Counted from the stretch's first letter, positions 19,814 to 30,401 are shown. The stretch is DNA of 64,000 nt from an uncultured Veillonellaceae bacterium (GCA_963805085.1 CAWDTA010000002.1:1248001-1312000); one strand, 5' to 3'. Numbers and translations are program-made. The notes: generated by a model not told the origin, from the letters alone.

Positions 19814-21814
19814 ATGTGGAAGAAAATGAATATGATGTCAAAGATGTTACTAGCTTTATTATTGCCAATGTTTCTTATTGTTGCGGGAATTTGTACGTAT
19901 TCTTATTTTGAGTCTCGTAATATCTTAAATAAGCAAATCATGCAGACCGTTACTTATATGGCGGAAAGTCAAAGTAATACGGTATACTATACATTGAAAG
20001 AAAAAGAAACGTTACTTACAATGTGTGCTGAGATTTTAGGACAAAAAGAGATGTCCACATCAGAGCGTATTGCTTTATATAAACAAGTGAAAGCAAATTT
20101 TACTGGAATTAAATCAGTATTTGATGGTTATGAAGATAAAACATGTAGTGATTCTCAAGGGGTAACAGAAAAAGAAAAGCCAGCAGGATATGATCCAAAA
20201 AGTCGTATTTGGTATAAGATTGCAAATGAATCAAAAGGTGTTGGCTATACACCTGCTTTTGAGACGTCTAACAAATCACTATCAGTAGATTTAAGTAAAA
20301 AAATTATTCGCAATGGACAAATGGTAGGTGTTGTGGGGGTCGATATTGATATTAGCCAAATACGTGAATTAGCACAAAATTTTAAAATTGGTGAAACCGG
20401 ATATGTAGCAATTTTAGATGAAAAAGGCAATTTCATTTCTCATCCTAAATTTGGTTTGACGGATAATATTAATGAGGTGGAAAATGGAAATCTAAAAAGC
20501 TATGCGGGTTCTTTGATGAATAAGCAGGCAAATGTACAAAGTGGAATTTTAAATGGTGAACAAGTATTAATGTCTGCATCACCAATTGGTAATACCGGAT
20601 GGACTTTTGTGATATTTGCGCCAGAAAAAGAGTTGTTTAGGGATGTAAATGAATTGGCCTTAAAGTCGATAACTTCCAGTCTTATTGGATTGATTTTAAT
20701 TGGTTTTATCATTATCGTTATTACAATTAATTTTGTGAAACATATAAAATTAATTGACAAAATGGCGGGAGAAATAGCAGCTGGTGATTTGCAGATTGAT
20801 CATGATTATAAAACAGATGAATCTAGTAAAGACGAAATTGATAAATTAATTCATAGTTTCCAACGAATGAAAATAAAATTACGTTCCTTAATCAGTAATG
20901 TTAGTACTTCAGCGATACAAGTTACACAGTCAACAGGACAGTTCTATGAAAGTTCCCAACAGTCAGCGGAAGCTGCAGATAGTGTTGCTTCTTCGATAAC
21001 ACATTTAGTTGGAGCAACTGAAAGTCAGGTAAAAGCCGTTAATGAAGTAGTAACAATAGTGGGCAAAATGTCGGAGAACATACAAAATGTTGCTGGCAGT
21101 GCAAATAGTATGGCAGGTATTGCAGACGAAGCCGCTGGAGCAACTATTTCAGGAAAACAATCAGTTGATGAGGCTGTTGCACAAATGGATAATGTCAGCA
21201 AAGCCGCTAATCGGGCGAAACTTGCATCGACTGATATGGAAAAAAGTTCAGATCAAATCGGGCAAATTGTTGAAATGATTTCTAATATTGCGGGACAAAC
21301 CAATTTACTTGCATTAAATGCGGCAATTGAGGCGGCAAGAGCCGGTAATCAAGGTCGTGGGTTTGCTGTAGTAGCGGAAGAGGTTCGGAAATTAGCTGAA
21401 CAATCTGATCATGCAGCCAGACAAATTACGGAATTAGTACAGAAAAATCATGAAAATATTGATCATATGGTTACATCAATTGAAGATGCAATTAATGATG
21501 TAAATCAGGGAAGTACACGTGTTTATGCCGCAGGCGAAGAATTTAAAAAAATCTTGGATATGGTAAATAATTTAGTGAATCGTGTAAAGCAAATATCTTC
21601 ATCGCTTGATGAGATTTCTAGCGGCAGCCAAAGCATTGTTGTTGCAGTAAACGATGTAGATGAGGTATGTAAAGGAACAGCAACTGAATTTGAAAGTGTA
21701 TCAGCGGCTGTTGAAGAACAGTCAGCATCAATGCAAGAAATTGCATCATCATGTTCTGCACTAAGTAATTTAGCGGAAAAATTAGATTGTGAAGTTCAAA
21801 AATTTAAATTATAG
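19814..21814 (+). CDS. Methyl-accepting chemotaxis protein (dCache-HAMP-MCP)
   Basis: [11 protein letters not shown] Cache motif, [23 protein letters not shown]...[16 protein letters not shown] signature. Confidence 0.95.
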   Translation: MWKKMNMMSKMLLALLLPMFLIVAGICTYSYFESRNILNKQIMQTVTYMAESQSNTVYYTLKEKETLLTMCAEILGQKEMSTSERIALYKQVKANFTGIKSVFDGYEDKTCSDSQGVTEKEKPAGYDPKSRIWYKIANESKGVGYTPAFETSNKSLSVDLSKKIIRNGQMVGVVGVDIDISQIRELAQNFKIGETGYVAILDEKGNFISHPKFGLTDNINEVENGNLKSYAGSLMNKQANVQSGILNGEQVLMSASPIGNTGWTFVIFAPEKELFRDVNELALKSITSSLIGLILIGFIIIVITINFVKHIKLIDKMAGEIAAGDLQIDHDYKTDESSKDEIDKLIHSFQRMKIKLRSLISNVSTSAIQVTQSTGQFYESSQQSAEAADSVASSITHLVGATESQVKAVNEVVTIVGKMSENIQNVAGSANSMAGIADEAAGATISGKQSVDEAVAQMDNVSKAANRAKLASTDMEKSSDQIGQIVEMISNIAGQTNLLALNAAIEAARAGNQGRGFAVVAEEVRKLAEQSDHAARQITELVQKNHENIDHMVTSIEDAINDVNQGSTRVYAAGEEFKKILDMVNNLVNRVKQISSSLDEISSGSQSIVVAVNDVDEVCKGTATEFESVSAAVEEQSASMQEIASSCSALSNLAEKLDCEVQKFKL

Positions 21815-21895
21815 CCAGCTTTAATTAAACAATATAGAATGTTAATGCTGCTAACGTTTAAAGTATGTACGACTTTTATAGGGGGGAGAAAACTT

Positions 21896-24817
21896 ATGAT
21901 GAGCAAAGAAACTATATTGAATGGACCATATCTATTGGCTCCGACTACGAATAGTATGACCATAGCCTGGGAGACTCGGTTTCAGGGGCAGACAAATGTA
22001 TTTTATGGGGTAAATGAGCAGTTTGATCAGCAAGCAGAAGTACAAGTGCAAAGGGCAACGCCCTATAAAGATAATCCTGATGGTAATTTTATCTCTACGA
22101 CAATTATAAACAAACTGGATGCAGACACAAAATATAGCTATAAAATTAAACTTGGAAATGAGCAAGAAGTTTGTGGCGAGTTTAAGACACTGGGGGATAA
22201 TCCAGATATAAAGCGAATTTTTACGATAAGTGACTCCCATCTGTTTAATACAAACAAGCAATTTGCTAATATAGTTTTAGCTAATAAGCCTGATTTTATT
22301 ATTCATATTGGAGATATCTCATTTGGAACCGGATATCAACGTGAACAGTATGAGGATAATTGGTTTAAGAAAATTCCAGAAGTAATAAAAACAATTCCTG
22401 TTATACATGTACCTGGTAATCATGATGATGGTCCATTTTATAATGACTTTTTTACTTTTCCTCAATCAAAGACTTACCAGTGTGATGAAGCAAAACGAAG
22501 TTTTTCATTTGACTATGGGAAAATTCATTTTTTAATACTTGATAGCAACCCTTGGGGATTATTTGAGATGAATGCAATTAATTCAGGATTGTCTGCAGAT
22601 AGTGAAACGAAGAAGATAATTTATAATACATTAGAATGGGCAATTGATGATTTAAAATCAAATCAAGCAAAAAATGCTGACTGGCGGGTAATCGTACTCC
22701 ATCACCCGTATACAGATGAATTTAATAATAAGTATATTGTTCCTATCGCTGAAAAGTATAATGTTAATTTAGTGATTAGCGGGCATCTACATTATTATGT
22801 TAAAAGTGTTTCTATTAACCCAGAGATTGGTGCTAAAACAGTTTATTTAACCCAAGGAAGTGCACAAGATGGAGAACATGAATTAAATCTAGGGCAGTTT
22901 GATAAGCGGTTATTAGTAGAATTTCCAGAAGTTGTTGCACTTGGAAAAGGTAATTATGGGGAGCTAGATATAACAAAAAGTAACCTGGCTTATAAAAGCT
23001 ATGGATTTAATAAGGATGACGATAAAGAGATTTTGGTTGATACAGTTGTTTTAACAAAGGAAAAACCTGAAATAATTATCTCTGATGTTCAAATTGATAC
23101 GATCGATAAATTTGGACATATTCGAATTACTGGTAAAGCCAAAAATGCAGGTAGTGGTTTTGAAGCTGTAATAGTTAAGGTCATCGATAATGGTGCAGAA
23201 CATGTCATTAATTTATTTGGTAATAAGGGAAAAGAGCGGATTATTGCTTTGAATTGTAATGAGGAAAAAGATTTTATTGCGCTTTATCAAACCACAGATC
23301 CTGGACAGCATGAATTGTATGTAGAAGGTATTACTAAAAGCATTACAGTTTATGAACCAGAGCAACTGACTTTTGAACACATGAAGCTTAAAGTTGGTAA
23401 TGAAAAAAATACTAACCTGCTAATTGCAAGTGTTGAAATTACAAATAATTTAAAAAACGAAGTGCAAGTACCTGTTGATCTGATTATCAACAAAGAAGTT
23501 GTTCAAAGAAAAATGACATCATTAGCGGGTTATGAGAAAAAAAATATAGAGTATTATCATAAGTTATCAAGAGGTGGAAGTTATAAAGTTAAGATAGCCA
23601 ATTTAGAAGAAAAAGAGATCAGAATACAAGGCCCTGTACGAATAATACCAAGGGTTAAGGATCTATCTGGTAATGGCAATGATGCTCTTTTACATGGCAC
23701 GCCAAGGGTAATAAAAGAGAAAGATAGAGTAATCGTACATTTAGATCAATATAGTGATTATTTGGAAATTCCAGATAGTGACAGTTTGCGCGTTAGCGAT
23801 GGCTTTACCGGCATGGTTTGGGCAAATATTAGTAGATTAGCTCAGGGGGCAGAGATGTCACATAATCCGCTGATGGTTAAAGGAAAGTCAATTGGTTGGG
23901 GGGCGACATATTTATTGCGTATGGCAGTTGAGAGAGCTGGTAGTTTAAAATGGGGAACTTGTCATGATATTACCGAATATGCCTGGCAAGGTGGTAATGC
24001 AAGTTTAAATGAATGGGTCCATTATACCTCTTCTTTTGATAAAAAAAGTGGTGGCACTTCTTATTGCAATACGAATAAAGTTGCAGAGATCTCAGGCATC
24101 GGTGCTGATGCTAAATTAAGAAATTGGGAGGATGAACCATTGTTTGTTGGCTATTCATATATTGGGCATGTAATTGAAGAAATTGGCAGACCTAAATATT
24201 TTACGCATTTACCAGCGCAAATTAGTCAGGTCAGATTTTACAGAACGAAATTATCCAGTCAAGAAAATCAATTAATTTATAAAAAGCCAGCTGAAATTGG
24301 ACCCAAAAGTGATGAATTAGCAGTCTGGCTGGACTTTAATAATATTATTACGACCGGGACTCATATTACGGAGTGGAGACGCCCGGCAATCTTTGAACCT
24401 TCATATAAAACCGAAAAAAAATATTGGGATTTTAATCAGTTAAAAGTTACCGCTGTTATACCAGTTGAAACAACATTAGAAGCTACAGTTGAAGTTTCTG
24501 ATGATGGTGATTTAGTCAAGGATTCGAAGAAAATTTGTATACATGATGGAGTGTGCTGTGTTGATCTAAGTAATTTACAGCAAGCACAGTATATTAGAAT
24601 TATGACAAAATTTGTAGCTGAAGTTGGTGATAAGGGAATTTTTACTCCTGAATTGTGGGAATATCAGGTTACTGCATCAACAGAAAGTATTTTTACAGAG
24701 ATGATATGGGCAACACGCGATGATTGGGAAAAGGGTCGAATGACCGATGCAGTTGGTTTCGAACCAGTTGACAGGCTCAAAACTTTTCATGAATATACAG
24801 ATGTTATTCATGGCTAG
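21896..24817 (+). CDS. Large metallophosphoesterase (purple-acid-phosphatase-like FN3 + calcineurin-like domain) fused to Ig-like and LamG/ConA-like domains
   Basis: GPYL...MTIAWET FN3-type start; SDSH, GDISF, PGNHD, LHHP, SGHLH metal motifs; DLSGNGND...EWVHY...ISQVRFY LamG-like segment. Start at ATG 21896 after SD GGGGGAG. Confidence 0.8.
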   Translation: MMSKETILNGPYLLAPTTNSMTIAWETRFQGQTNVFYGVNEQFDQQAEVQVQRATPYKDNPDGNFISTTIINKLDADTKYSYKIKLGNEQEVCGEFKTLGDNPDIKRIFTISDSHLFNTNKQFANIVLANKPDFIIHIGDISFGTGYQREQYEDNWFKKIPEVIKTIPVIHVPGNHDDGPFYNDFFTFPQSKTYQCDEAKRSFSFDYGKIHFLILDSNPWGLFEMNAINSGLSADSETKKIIYNTLEWAIDDLKSNQAKNADWRVIVLHHPYTDEFNNKYIVPIAEKYNVNLVISGHLHYYVKSVSINPEIGAKTVYLTQGSAQDGEHELNLGQFDKRLLVEFPEVVALGKGNYGELDITKSNLAYKSYGFNKDDDKEILVDTVVLTKEKPEIIISDVQIDTIDKFGHIRITGKAKNAGSGFEAVIVKVIDNGAEHVINLFGNKGKERIIALNCNEEKDFIALYQTTDPGQHELYVEGITKSITVYEPEQLTFEHMKLKVGNEKNTNLLIASVEITNNLKNEVQVPVDLIINKEVVQRKMTSLAGYEKKNIEYYHKLSRGGSYKVKIANLEEKEIRIQGPVRIIPRVKDLSGNGNDALLHGTPRVIKEKDRVIVHLDQYSDYLEIPDSDSLRVSDGFTGMVWANISRLAQGAEMSHNPLMVKGKSIGWGATYLLRMAVERAGSLKWGTCHDITEYAWQGGNASLNEWVHYTSSFDKKSGGTSYCNTNKVAEISGIGADAKLRNWEDEPLFVGYSYIGHVIEEIGRPKYFTHLPAQISQVRFYRTKLSSQENQLIYKKPAEIGPKSDELAVWLDFNNIITTGTHITEWRRPAIFEPSYKTEKKYWDFNQLKVTAVIPVETTLEATVEVSDDGDLVKDSKKICIHDGVCCVDLSNLQQAQYIRIMTKFVAEVGDKGIFTPELWEYQVTASTESIFTEMIWATRDDWEKGRMTDAVGFEPVDRLKTFHEYTDVIHG

Positions 24818-24930
24818 GCTGTTTGTATTAGGAGGATTAACTTTATTTAAAATGATAGTCCTGGAATTTAGTTTTAGATAAGTCCGTAGTTTTTTTATTA
24901 TAAATTGCAGATATAGAGAGGAGTTATGTA

Positions 24931-26346
24931 GTGGATCTTATCATGATTTTTATTAGTTTAGTCGGTTTAATGTATTTGGCTTATCGTGGATATTCCATTA
25001 TATTAATCGCACCTGCCTTTGCTGTGATAGCGGCTATTGGTAGTGGCTATGCAGCGATGCCGATTTATAGTGAGCTTTATATGACAAAAGCAGCAGAATA
25101 TATTAAAAATTATTATCCGGTCTTTTTATTGGGAGCAGTCTTTGCCAAGGTTATGGAATCTGGTGGACTTGCAGCGGCAGTTGCGAGTAAAATCGTACAA
25201 ACGCTTGGTAAAGAAAGAGCGATTTTAGCCGTGCTCTTGGGCTGCGGGGCTTTGACATACGGAGGGCTAAGTGTATTTGTAGTTGCATTTGTGATGTACC
25301 CGTTTTCTGCTATTTTATTTAAGCAAGCGAAAATTCCCAAACGATTACTACCAGCAACCTTATGGATGGGGATACTTACCTATGCGATGATTGCCATTCC
25401 GGGGACTCCTCAGATTCAAAATATTATTCCAACGGCTTTTTTTGGTACGACGACTTGGGCGGGAATTAGTACAGGTCTTTTTGCTACATTATTATATTTT
25501 GTTATTGCATGGGCATGGATCAGTTATCGACATAAGAAATTAGCAAGTCAGGGCGAAGGTTATGGAAATTATATTTTAAACGAACCAGAGGATGTAAAAG
25601 AAGATCTACCACATTGGAGCTTGGCGGCGTTACCACTGGTTCTCGTTGTTGTGATTAATTTGATTGTGAGCAATCCTTTTACTTGGCAATGGGCATATCA
25701 TTGGGATAACCATAGTTTAGAGAATTTTACAACGCTAAAATTGTCACTTTTAGCATCTAGTGTCGATCGTGTACAAGCGATATGGTCGATTAATGTTGCG
25801 CTTATTATAAGCAGCATTGTTGCGGCATTCATTGGGCGAAAACGTTTAAAAACGCAAGGAGGCGTACTTTCACCGATTAATATGGGAGCTGTATCTTCTA
25901 CTTCAGCAGTTTTGAATGTAGCATCTGGCTACGCATTTGGTTGTGTTATCGCTATCTTACCAGGTTTTCAAATCATCAAAGAAATGCTGCTGAATTTAAG
26001 TGTTGGTGATGGGCCATTACTTTCTGCAATCATTACGACGAATATTATGACAGGAATTACGGGATCGGCATCGGGGGGGTTAACCATAGCGTTGGGGATG
26101 CTTGGAAATGAATGGCTTGCTTGGGCAAACAGCATGCAGATGTCACCGGAGATTTTACATCGAATTGTTTGTATTGCTTCTGAAGGCATTGATACAGTAC
26201 CGCATTCTGGAGCGTTAGTTACCCTTTTTGCAGTCTGTGGATTAACTCATAAAGATTCTTATTATGATGTTTTTATACTAACAATACTAAAAACGACAAT
26301 TGCTTTTATTTGTTTGGCTTTTTATAGCATAACAGGACTCGTTTAA
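24931..26346 (+). CDS. GntP/GntT-family permease, YxjC (hydroxy-acid permease)-like subgroup
   Basis: FLLGAVFAKVMESGG, LTYGGLSVFVVAF, PGTPQIQNIIP, GITGSASGG, DTVPHSGA. Confidence 0.85.
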   Translation: MDLIMIFISLVGLMYLAYRGYSIILIAPAFAVIAAIGSGYAAMPIYSELYMTKAAEYIKNYYPVFLLGAVFAKVMESGGLAAAVASKIVQTLGKERAILAVLLGCGALTYGGLSVFVVAFVMYPFSAILFKQAKIPKRLLPATLWMGILTYAMIAIPGTPQIQNIIPTAFFGTTTWAGISTGLFATLLYFVIAWAWISYRHKKLASQGEGYGNYILNEPEDVKEDLPHWSLAALPLVLVVVINLIVSNPFTWQWAYHWDNHSLENFTTLKLSLLASSVDRVQAIWSINVALIISSIVAAFIGRKRLKTQGGVLSPINMGAVSSTSAVLNVASGYAFGCVIAILPGFQIIKEMLLNLSVGDGPLLSAIITTNIMTGITGSASGGLTIALGMLGNEWLAWANSMQMSPEILHRIVCIASEGIDTVPHSGALVTLFAVCGLTHKDSYYDVFILTILKTTIAFICLAFYSITGLV

Positions 26347-26419
26347 AGTAAAGATAACATAAACAAATATTTTGACTAAAATAATATACTAGAGGAAATC
26401 TCGTAGTGTAATGTAAAAT

Positions 26420-26463
26420 AAAAAACTAGAATATCAGAATAAAATCTGGTATTCTAGTTTTTT
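26420..26463 (+). terminator. Terminator closing the phytate/inositol region
   Basis: AAAAAACTAGAATATCAGA ... TCTGGTATTCTAGTTTTTT. Confidence 0.7.
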
Positions 26464-26725
26464 AGAATAGACAGGGAAATGCTGGACATTTATAAAAATG
26501 TAGTAACACAGGCAAAGGCTATGACAATAATTAAACAGGTAAATAGTGCGTTGACTAAGTGTACGGAGTTTCTACTGCAAAATTTCATCATTTTATTCTA
26601 CACCTCGAATTCTAATGTAAATAGCATTAATTGTAAAACAATTATACATTTACAAGATGTAAAGTACAATGCCAATTTCCGATATTTAGAGAAAAATAGG
26701 ATAAAAGTCCAAGAATTACGGAATA

Positions 26726-26763
26726 AAAATAAGCTAAACGTCCTAGACGTTTAGCTTATTTTT
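26726..26763 (-). terminator. Terminator of the 221-aa hypothetical gene
   Basis: AAAATAAGCTAAACGTC-CTA-GACGTTTAGCTTATTTT perfect stem. Confidence 0.7.
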
Positions 26764-27428
26764 TATTCTGGTGCTTTCATTAAATTTGTTTGTATAGGCA
26801 AAAGGTCCTGACTAATATCTAGGTTGATTGGATCGGCTAAAATAAGGATTTTTTGCAAGGCGTTGACTTGATCATCGTGTTGTTTGTTATTTAGTAAATT
26901 CTGACCATCGAGGGCATAAACGCTAGTTTCAATTATTTTCGTTTGTTTGCGAGAAAAAATTTTCGTTTTACTAATAATCTCTAAAACATGATTATGATTG
27001 TCATCAGTTAAATTTGCGGGCGGGGCAAGTTGTGTTAGTTTTTCATTGAGCGAGTTACTCTTGGTATATAAATCGGCCAAGCGAGCATGGGCGGTTTGTA
27101 CGCTGATCGTATCATTTTGGAATGCTTTGATTATTTTATGATATTGCTGCCAATTGTTGTTTAGTCTATCAATATATTTTTTGTAGGCAGTATACCATTC
27201 TGAGAAATTCATTTGTTCTTGAATTAACAGTTGTTGCTCTTCGGGCGTTGGTGGTTCTGGTTTCTCTGGTGGAGTTGGTTTGAAAATGAACGGAATACTA
27301 AGGAGAACTAGACAAATGATAATCGGCAAAATTTGTTTTTTACGAATGGCCAGAAAGATAATACAGCCGATACATAAAATCAGTAAGCCAAATAATATGT
27401 TTAATATTAATGGTGTTAAATGTAGCAT
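26763..27428 (-). CDS. Hypothetical membrane-anchored protein
   Basis: SD AAAGGAG; two N-terminal hydrophobic helices, Pro-rich linker (KPTPPEKPEPPTP), helical soluble domain. Confidence 0.75.
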   Translation of the reverse strand: MLHLTPLILNILFGLLILCIGCIIFLAIRKKQILPIIICLVLLSIPFIFKPTPPEKPEPPTPEEQQLLIQEQMNFSEWYTAYKKYIDRLNNNWQQYHKIIKAFQNDTISVQTAHARLADLYTKSNSLNEKLTQLAPPANLTDDNHNHVLEIISKTKIFSRKQTKIIETSVYALDGQNLLNNKQHDDQVNALQKILILADPINLDISQDLLPIQTNLMKAPE

Positions 27429-27648
27429 GGAAATCTCCTTTATCTAAAGTATATGTACTTTCTACAATTGTTTGGCGAGTTCCTGCTATTGCATGAAGAA
27501 GTTTGTATACAGCAGGTATTTTCCAGCAGGTATTGCAGGCTTAAAAATTTCACTATATACTAAATATTATATTCGTAATGCAGAAGTGATCAGGAAAGAA
27601 CTTACTAATCGAGTCTTTCCGAAATATATATACGAATAGAAAGAGGCT

Positions 27649-29370
27649 TTGCTCATGAAGTTTATCAATAAAAATTTTTGTAAAGGCCTTTGGCAGTTGT
27701 TCAAAGGATATTGGAATTCAGAAGAAAAATGGAAGGCAAGAGGTTTGCTTGGTATCGTCATTGCTTTGAATTTTATAGCAGTCTATATAACAGTGCTACT
27801 TAATCAGTGGTATAACACTTTTTACAATGCATTACAAAATTACGATCAAGCCGCATTCTGGAGTCTGAATGGACAATTTGCGATTCTTGCTTTTCTTCAT
27901 ATTATAGTTGCAGTATACGCGATGTATTTACAGCAAATGCTCCAAATCAAGTGGCGGAAGTGGATGACAAATTGCTATCTTGATAAGTGGATGCATAATC
28001 AGACGTATTATAAAATGCAGATTCTCGAAGATAAGACGGATAACCCAGATCAACGTATCAGTGAAGATATCAATCAGTTTGTTTCCTTAACACTTAGTTT
28101 ATCTTTGGGATTTTTGAAGCAGATTACTATGCTGGGCGCGTTTATCGCTATTTTATGGGATTTATCTGGCGTAATTACGATCCCTGTTGGTAGTGATCAA
28201 TTTACGATTTATGGTTATATGGTTTGGATTTCGATTTTATATGCTGTTATTGGTACCTATTTAACGGCGAAAATCGGGAATCCTTTGATTCGGTTGAATT
28301 ACGATCAACAACGTTATGAAGCAAACTTCCGTTTTAATATGGTGCGGTTAAGAGAGAATAGTGAGAGTGTTGCTTTCTACGGTGGCGATAACCCAGAAAA
28401 ATCAGGGCTTATGGCACGATTTGAACAAGTATTTAAAAATTATTGGTCTTTAATGAAATATGGAAAGCGCTTAACCTGGTTTACCTCAGGGTATGGTCAA
28501 TTAGCAATTATTTTCCCGACTTTGCTTGCTGCACCACGTTATTTTAGTGGTGTGATGCAACTTGGCGGCTTGATTCAAACTTCCAGCGCATTTGGTCGCG
28601 TGCAAGATGCGTTATCTTTCTTTGTTGATAGTTACACCTCGATTGCTCAGTGGCAAGCGGTGGTAAAACGTTTGCTTGGTTTTGTGGAACATATGCAAGC
28701 GGTAGAAGAGTTAAAAGTTGATACGAATATCGCTGAGGTCAATGTGGAACGTTTGGCCATCAAGAATTTAACAGTAGCATTGCCGAATGGGCAGACATTA
28801 TTACAAGATGTGAATCTACAGGTTTCGTGTGGAGAAAAATTATTGATCACCGGAGCTTCTGGTTGTGGGAAGAGTACCTTCATGCGAACGATTTCAGGTA
28901 TTTGGCCTTTTGGTAAAGGTAGTATTGTTGTTCCACAGGGGCAAATACGATTATTTTTACCACAACGCCCATATTTACCATTAGGTAGTTTAAAAGAAGC
29001 AATCTTGTATCCGAAAGAGAACCTATTGGTTGATGATGAACGCATCAAAGAAGTAATGAAAGAGTGCCAATTAGGCGATTTCATTAGCAAACTATATGAT
29101 GACGCTGATTGGTCGCGTATTTTATCGCTCGGAGAACAACAACGCCTTGCTTTTGCTAGAGTGTTACTGATAAAACCAGAGTGGGTATTCCTCGATGAAG
29201 CGACTTCGGCACTTGATGAACCAACCGAAAAAGTGATGTATGAATTGCTAGTAGAGCATTTGCCAAATACAGCGATTATTAGCATTGGGCATCGAAATAC
29301 ACTGGTAAATTATCATCAGAAGAAATTGCATTTAAGTGGTGATGGTAGCTGGGGTATGGAAGCGATATAA
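27649..29370 (+). CDS. Fused ABC transporter permease/ATPase, YddA/Rv1819c (COG4178) type
   Basis: DNPDQRISEDI, EANFRF..VRLRENSE, GASGCGKST, LSLGEQQRLAFAR, LDEATSALD, SIGHR. Confidence 0.92.
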   Translation: MLMKFINKNFCKGLWQLFKGYWNSEEKWKARGLLGIVIALNFIAVYITVLLNQWYNTFYNALQNYDQAAFWSLNGQFAILAFLHIIVAVYAMYLQQMLQIKWRKWMTNCYLDKWMHNQTYYKMQILEDKTDNPDQRISEDINQFVSLTLSLSLGFLKQITMLGAFIAILWDLSGVITIPVGSDQFTIYGYMVWISILYAVIGTYLTAKIGNPLIRLNYDQQRYEANFRFNMVRLRENSESVAFYGGDNPEKSGLMARFEQVFKNYWSLMKYGKRLTWFTSGYGQLAIIFPTLLAAPRYFSGVMQLGGLIQTSSAFGRVQDALSFFVDSYTSIAQWQAVVKRLLGFVEHMQAVEELKVDTNIAEVNVERLAIKNLTVALPNGQTLLQDVNLQVSCGEKLLITGASGCGKSTFMRTISGIWPFGKGSIVVPQGQIRLFLPQRPYLPLGSLKEAILYPKENLLVDDERIKEVMKECQLGDFISKLYDDADWSRILSLGEQQRLAFARVLLIKPEWVFLDEATSALDEPTEKVMYELLVEHLPNTAIISIGHRNTLVNYHQKKLHLSGDGSWGMEAI

Positions 29371-29463
29371 GTGGATAAGACATCTGCAAGCCTAAGAAAC
29401 GATAGCTTGCTTTTCGTTTTATGTAAATAATAATTATTCTCTGATTTCATAAAATAAAAGTAG

Positions 29464-29518
29464 AAAAATAAGATCAGCCGCTAAATTTTATTATATTTAG
29501 CGGCTGATCTTATTTTTT
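29464..29518. terminator. Bidirectional terminator
   Basis: AAAAATAAGATCAGCCGCTAAAT ... ATTTAGCGGCTGATCTTATTTTT between convergent genes. Confidence 0.8.
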
Positions 29519-30401
29519 ATTTATATTTTTGTATATAATCCCAAAGTGTTTGGAGTGATGAAAATGTCTTCTTCTGTTTTTTGCGGGCGAGAACGATATG
29601 TTTATAAAAAGGCTTGACGAGCGGGATAACGGTAATATCAGGGCAATTGTAGTATTGCAGACCGCTTAGAGAGATAAGAGATATGCCAAGTCCGGCGTTG
29701 ACTAGGTCAACTCTGCGCCCAGGTTCATTACAATAGCTGATAATTTGGGGAGAGAATCCAGCTTTACGGCACTCAGTAAGAAAGATATCATGTGAGACAT
29801 TTTCAGGTGAAGGAAAAATGAATTTTTCGCCGTTGGCATCTTTGAGGTCAAGAATTTTCTTTTGGGCAAAAGAATGGTTATTGGGTACGATGCAGACAAA
29901 ATCTTCTTGTTCTAATGAAATGAAGTCAAAATCATAGTCTTTGATGTTATATGGTGCAGCCAAAAGTGCTAAATCAAGTTCGTTGTCATTTAGCTTGCGA
30001 CAAAGTTCTTTACTTAAGTTATTGGTTAGGGTGAAGCTGATGTCTGAAAAATTGGTATTGAACGATGATAGAATGTCCGCGATATTGATGTTGCCAAGTC
30101 CTGTAATCATACCAATGCGAATGGTATTTTGCCCGTGGCTTGGACGATGTTTTTGTAATTGATGCTCCAATGCCGAGATGTCATCGAGAATTTTGATGGC
30201 GTATTGCATAAAGTCTTGTCCAGCAGGTGTCAATTCTACAGGATGACTAATGCGGTTGATGAGTTTAATACCAAGGTCGTTTTCTAATTTGGTAATTTGC
30301 TGTGATAAAGCTGACTGCGAGACGAAAAGACGGTCTGCAGCACGTGTGAAGTGTTTACACTCAGCGACTGCCATGAAATATTGAATTTGTTTTAATAGCA
30401 T
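29517..30401 (-). CDS. LysR-family transcriptional regulator
   Basis: HFTRAADRLFVSQSALSQQITKLE HTH plus substrate-binding domain; divergent from the M20 gene. Confidence 0.95.
   Translation of the reverse strand: MLLKQIQYFMAVAECKHFTRAADRLFVSQSALSQQITKLENDLGIKLINRISHPVELTPAGQDFMQYAIKILDDISALEHQLQKHRPSHGQNTIRIGMITGLGNINIADILSSFNTNFSDISFTLTNNLSKELCRKLNDNELDLALLAAPYNIKDYDFDFISLEQEDFVCIVPNNHSFAQKKILDLKDANGEKFIFPSPENVSHDIFLTECRKAGFSPQIISYCNEPGRRVDLVNAGLGISLISLSGLQYYNCPDITVIPLVKPFYKHIVLARKKQKKTFSSLQTLWDYIQKYK

Noticed and set aside
26479-26754. 91-aa plus-strand ORF
   Set aside because: AT-rich, no recognisable motif, and runs through a terminator hairpin; probably spurious.
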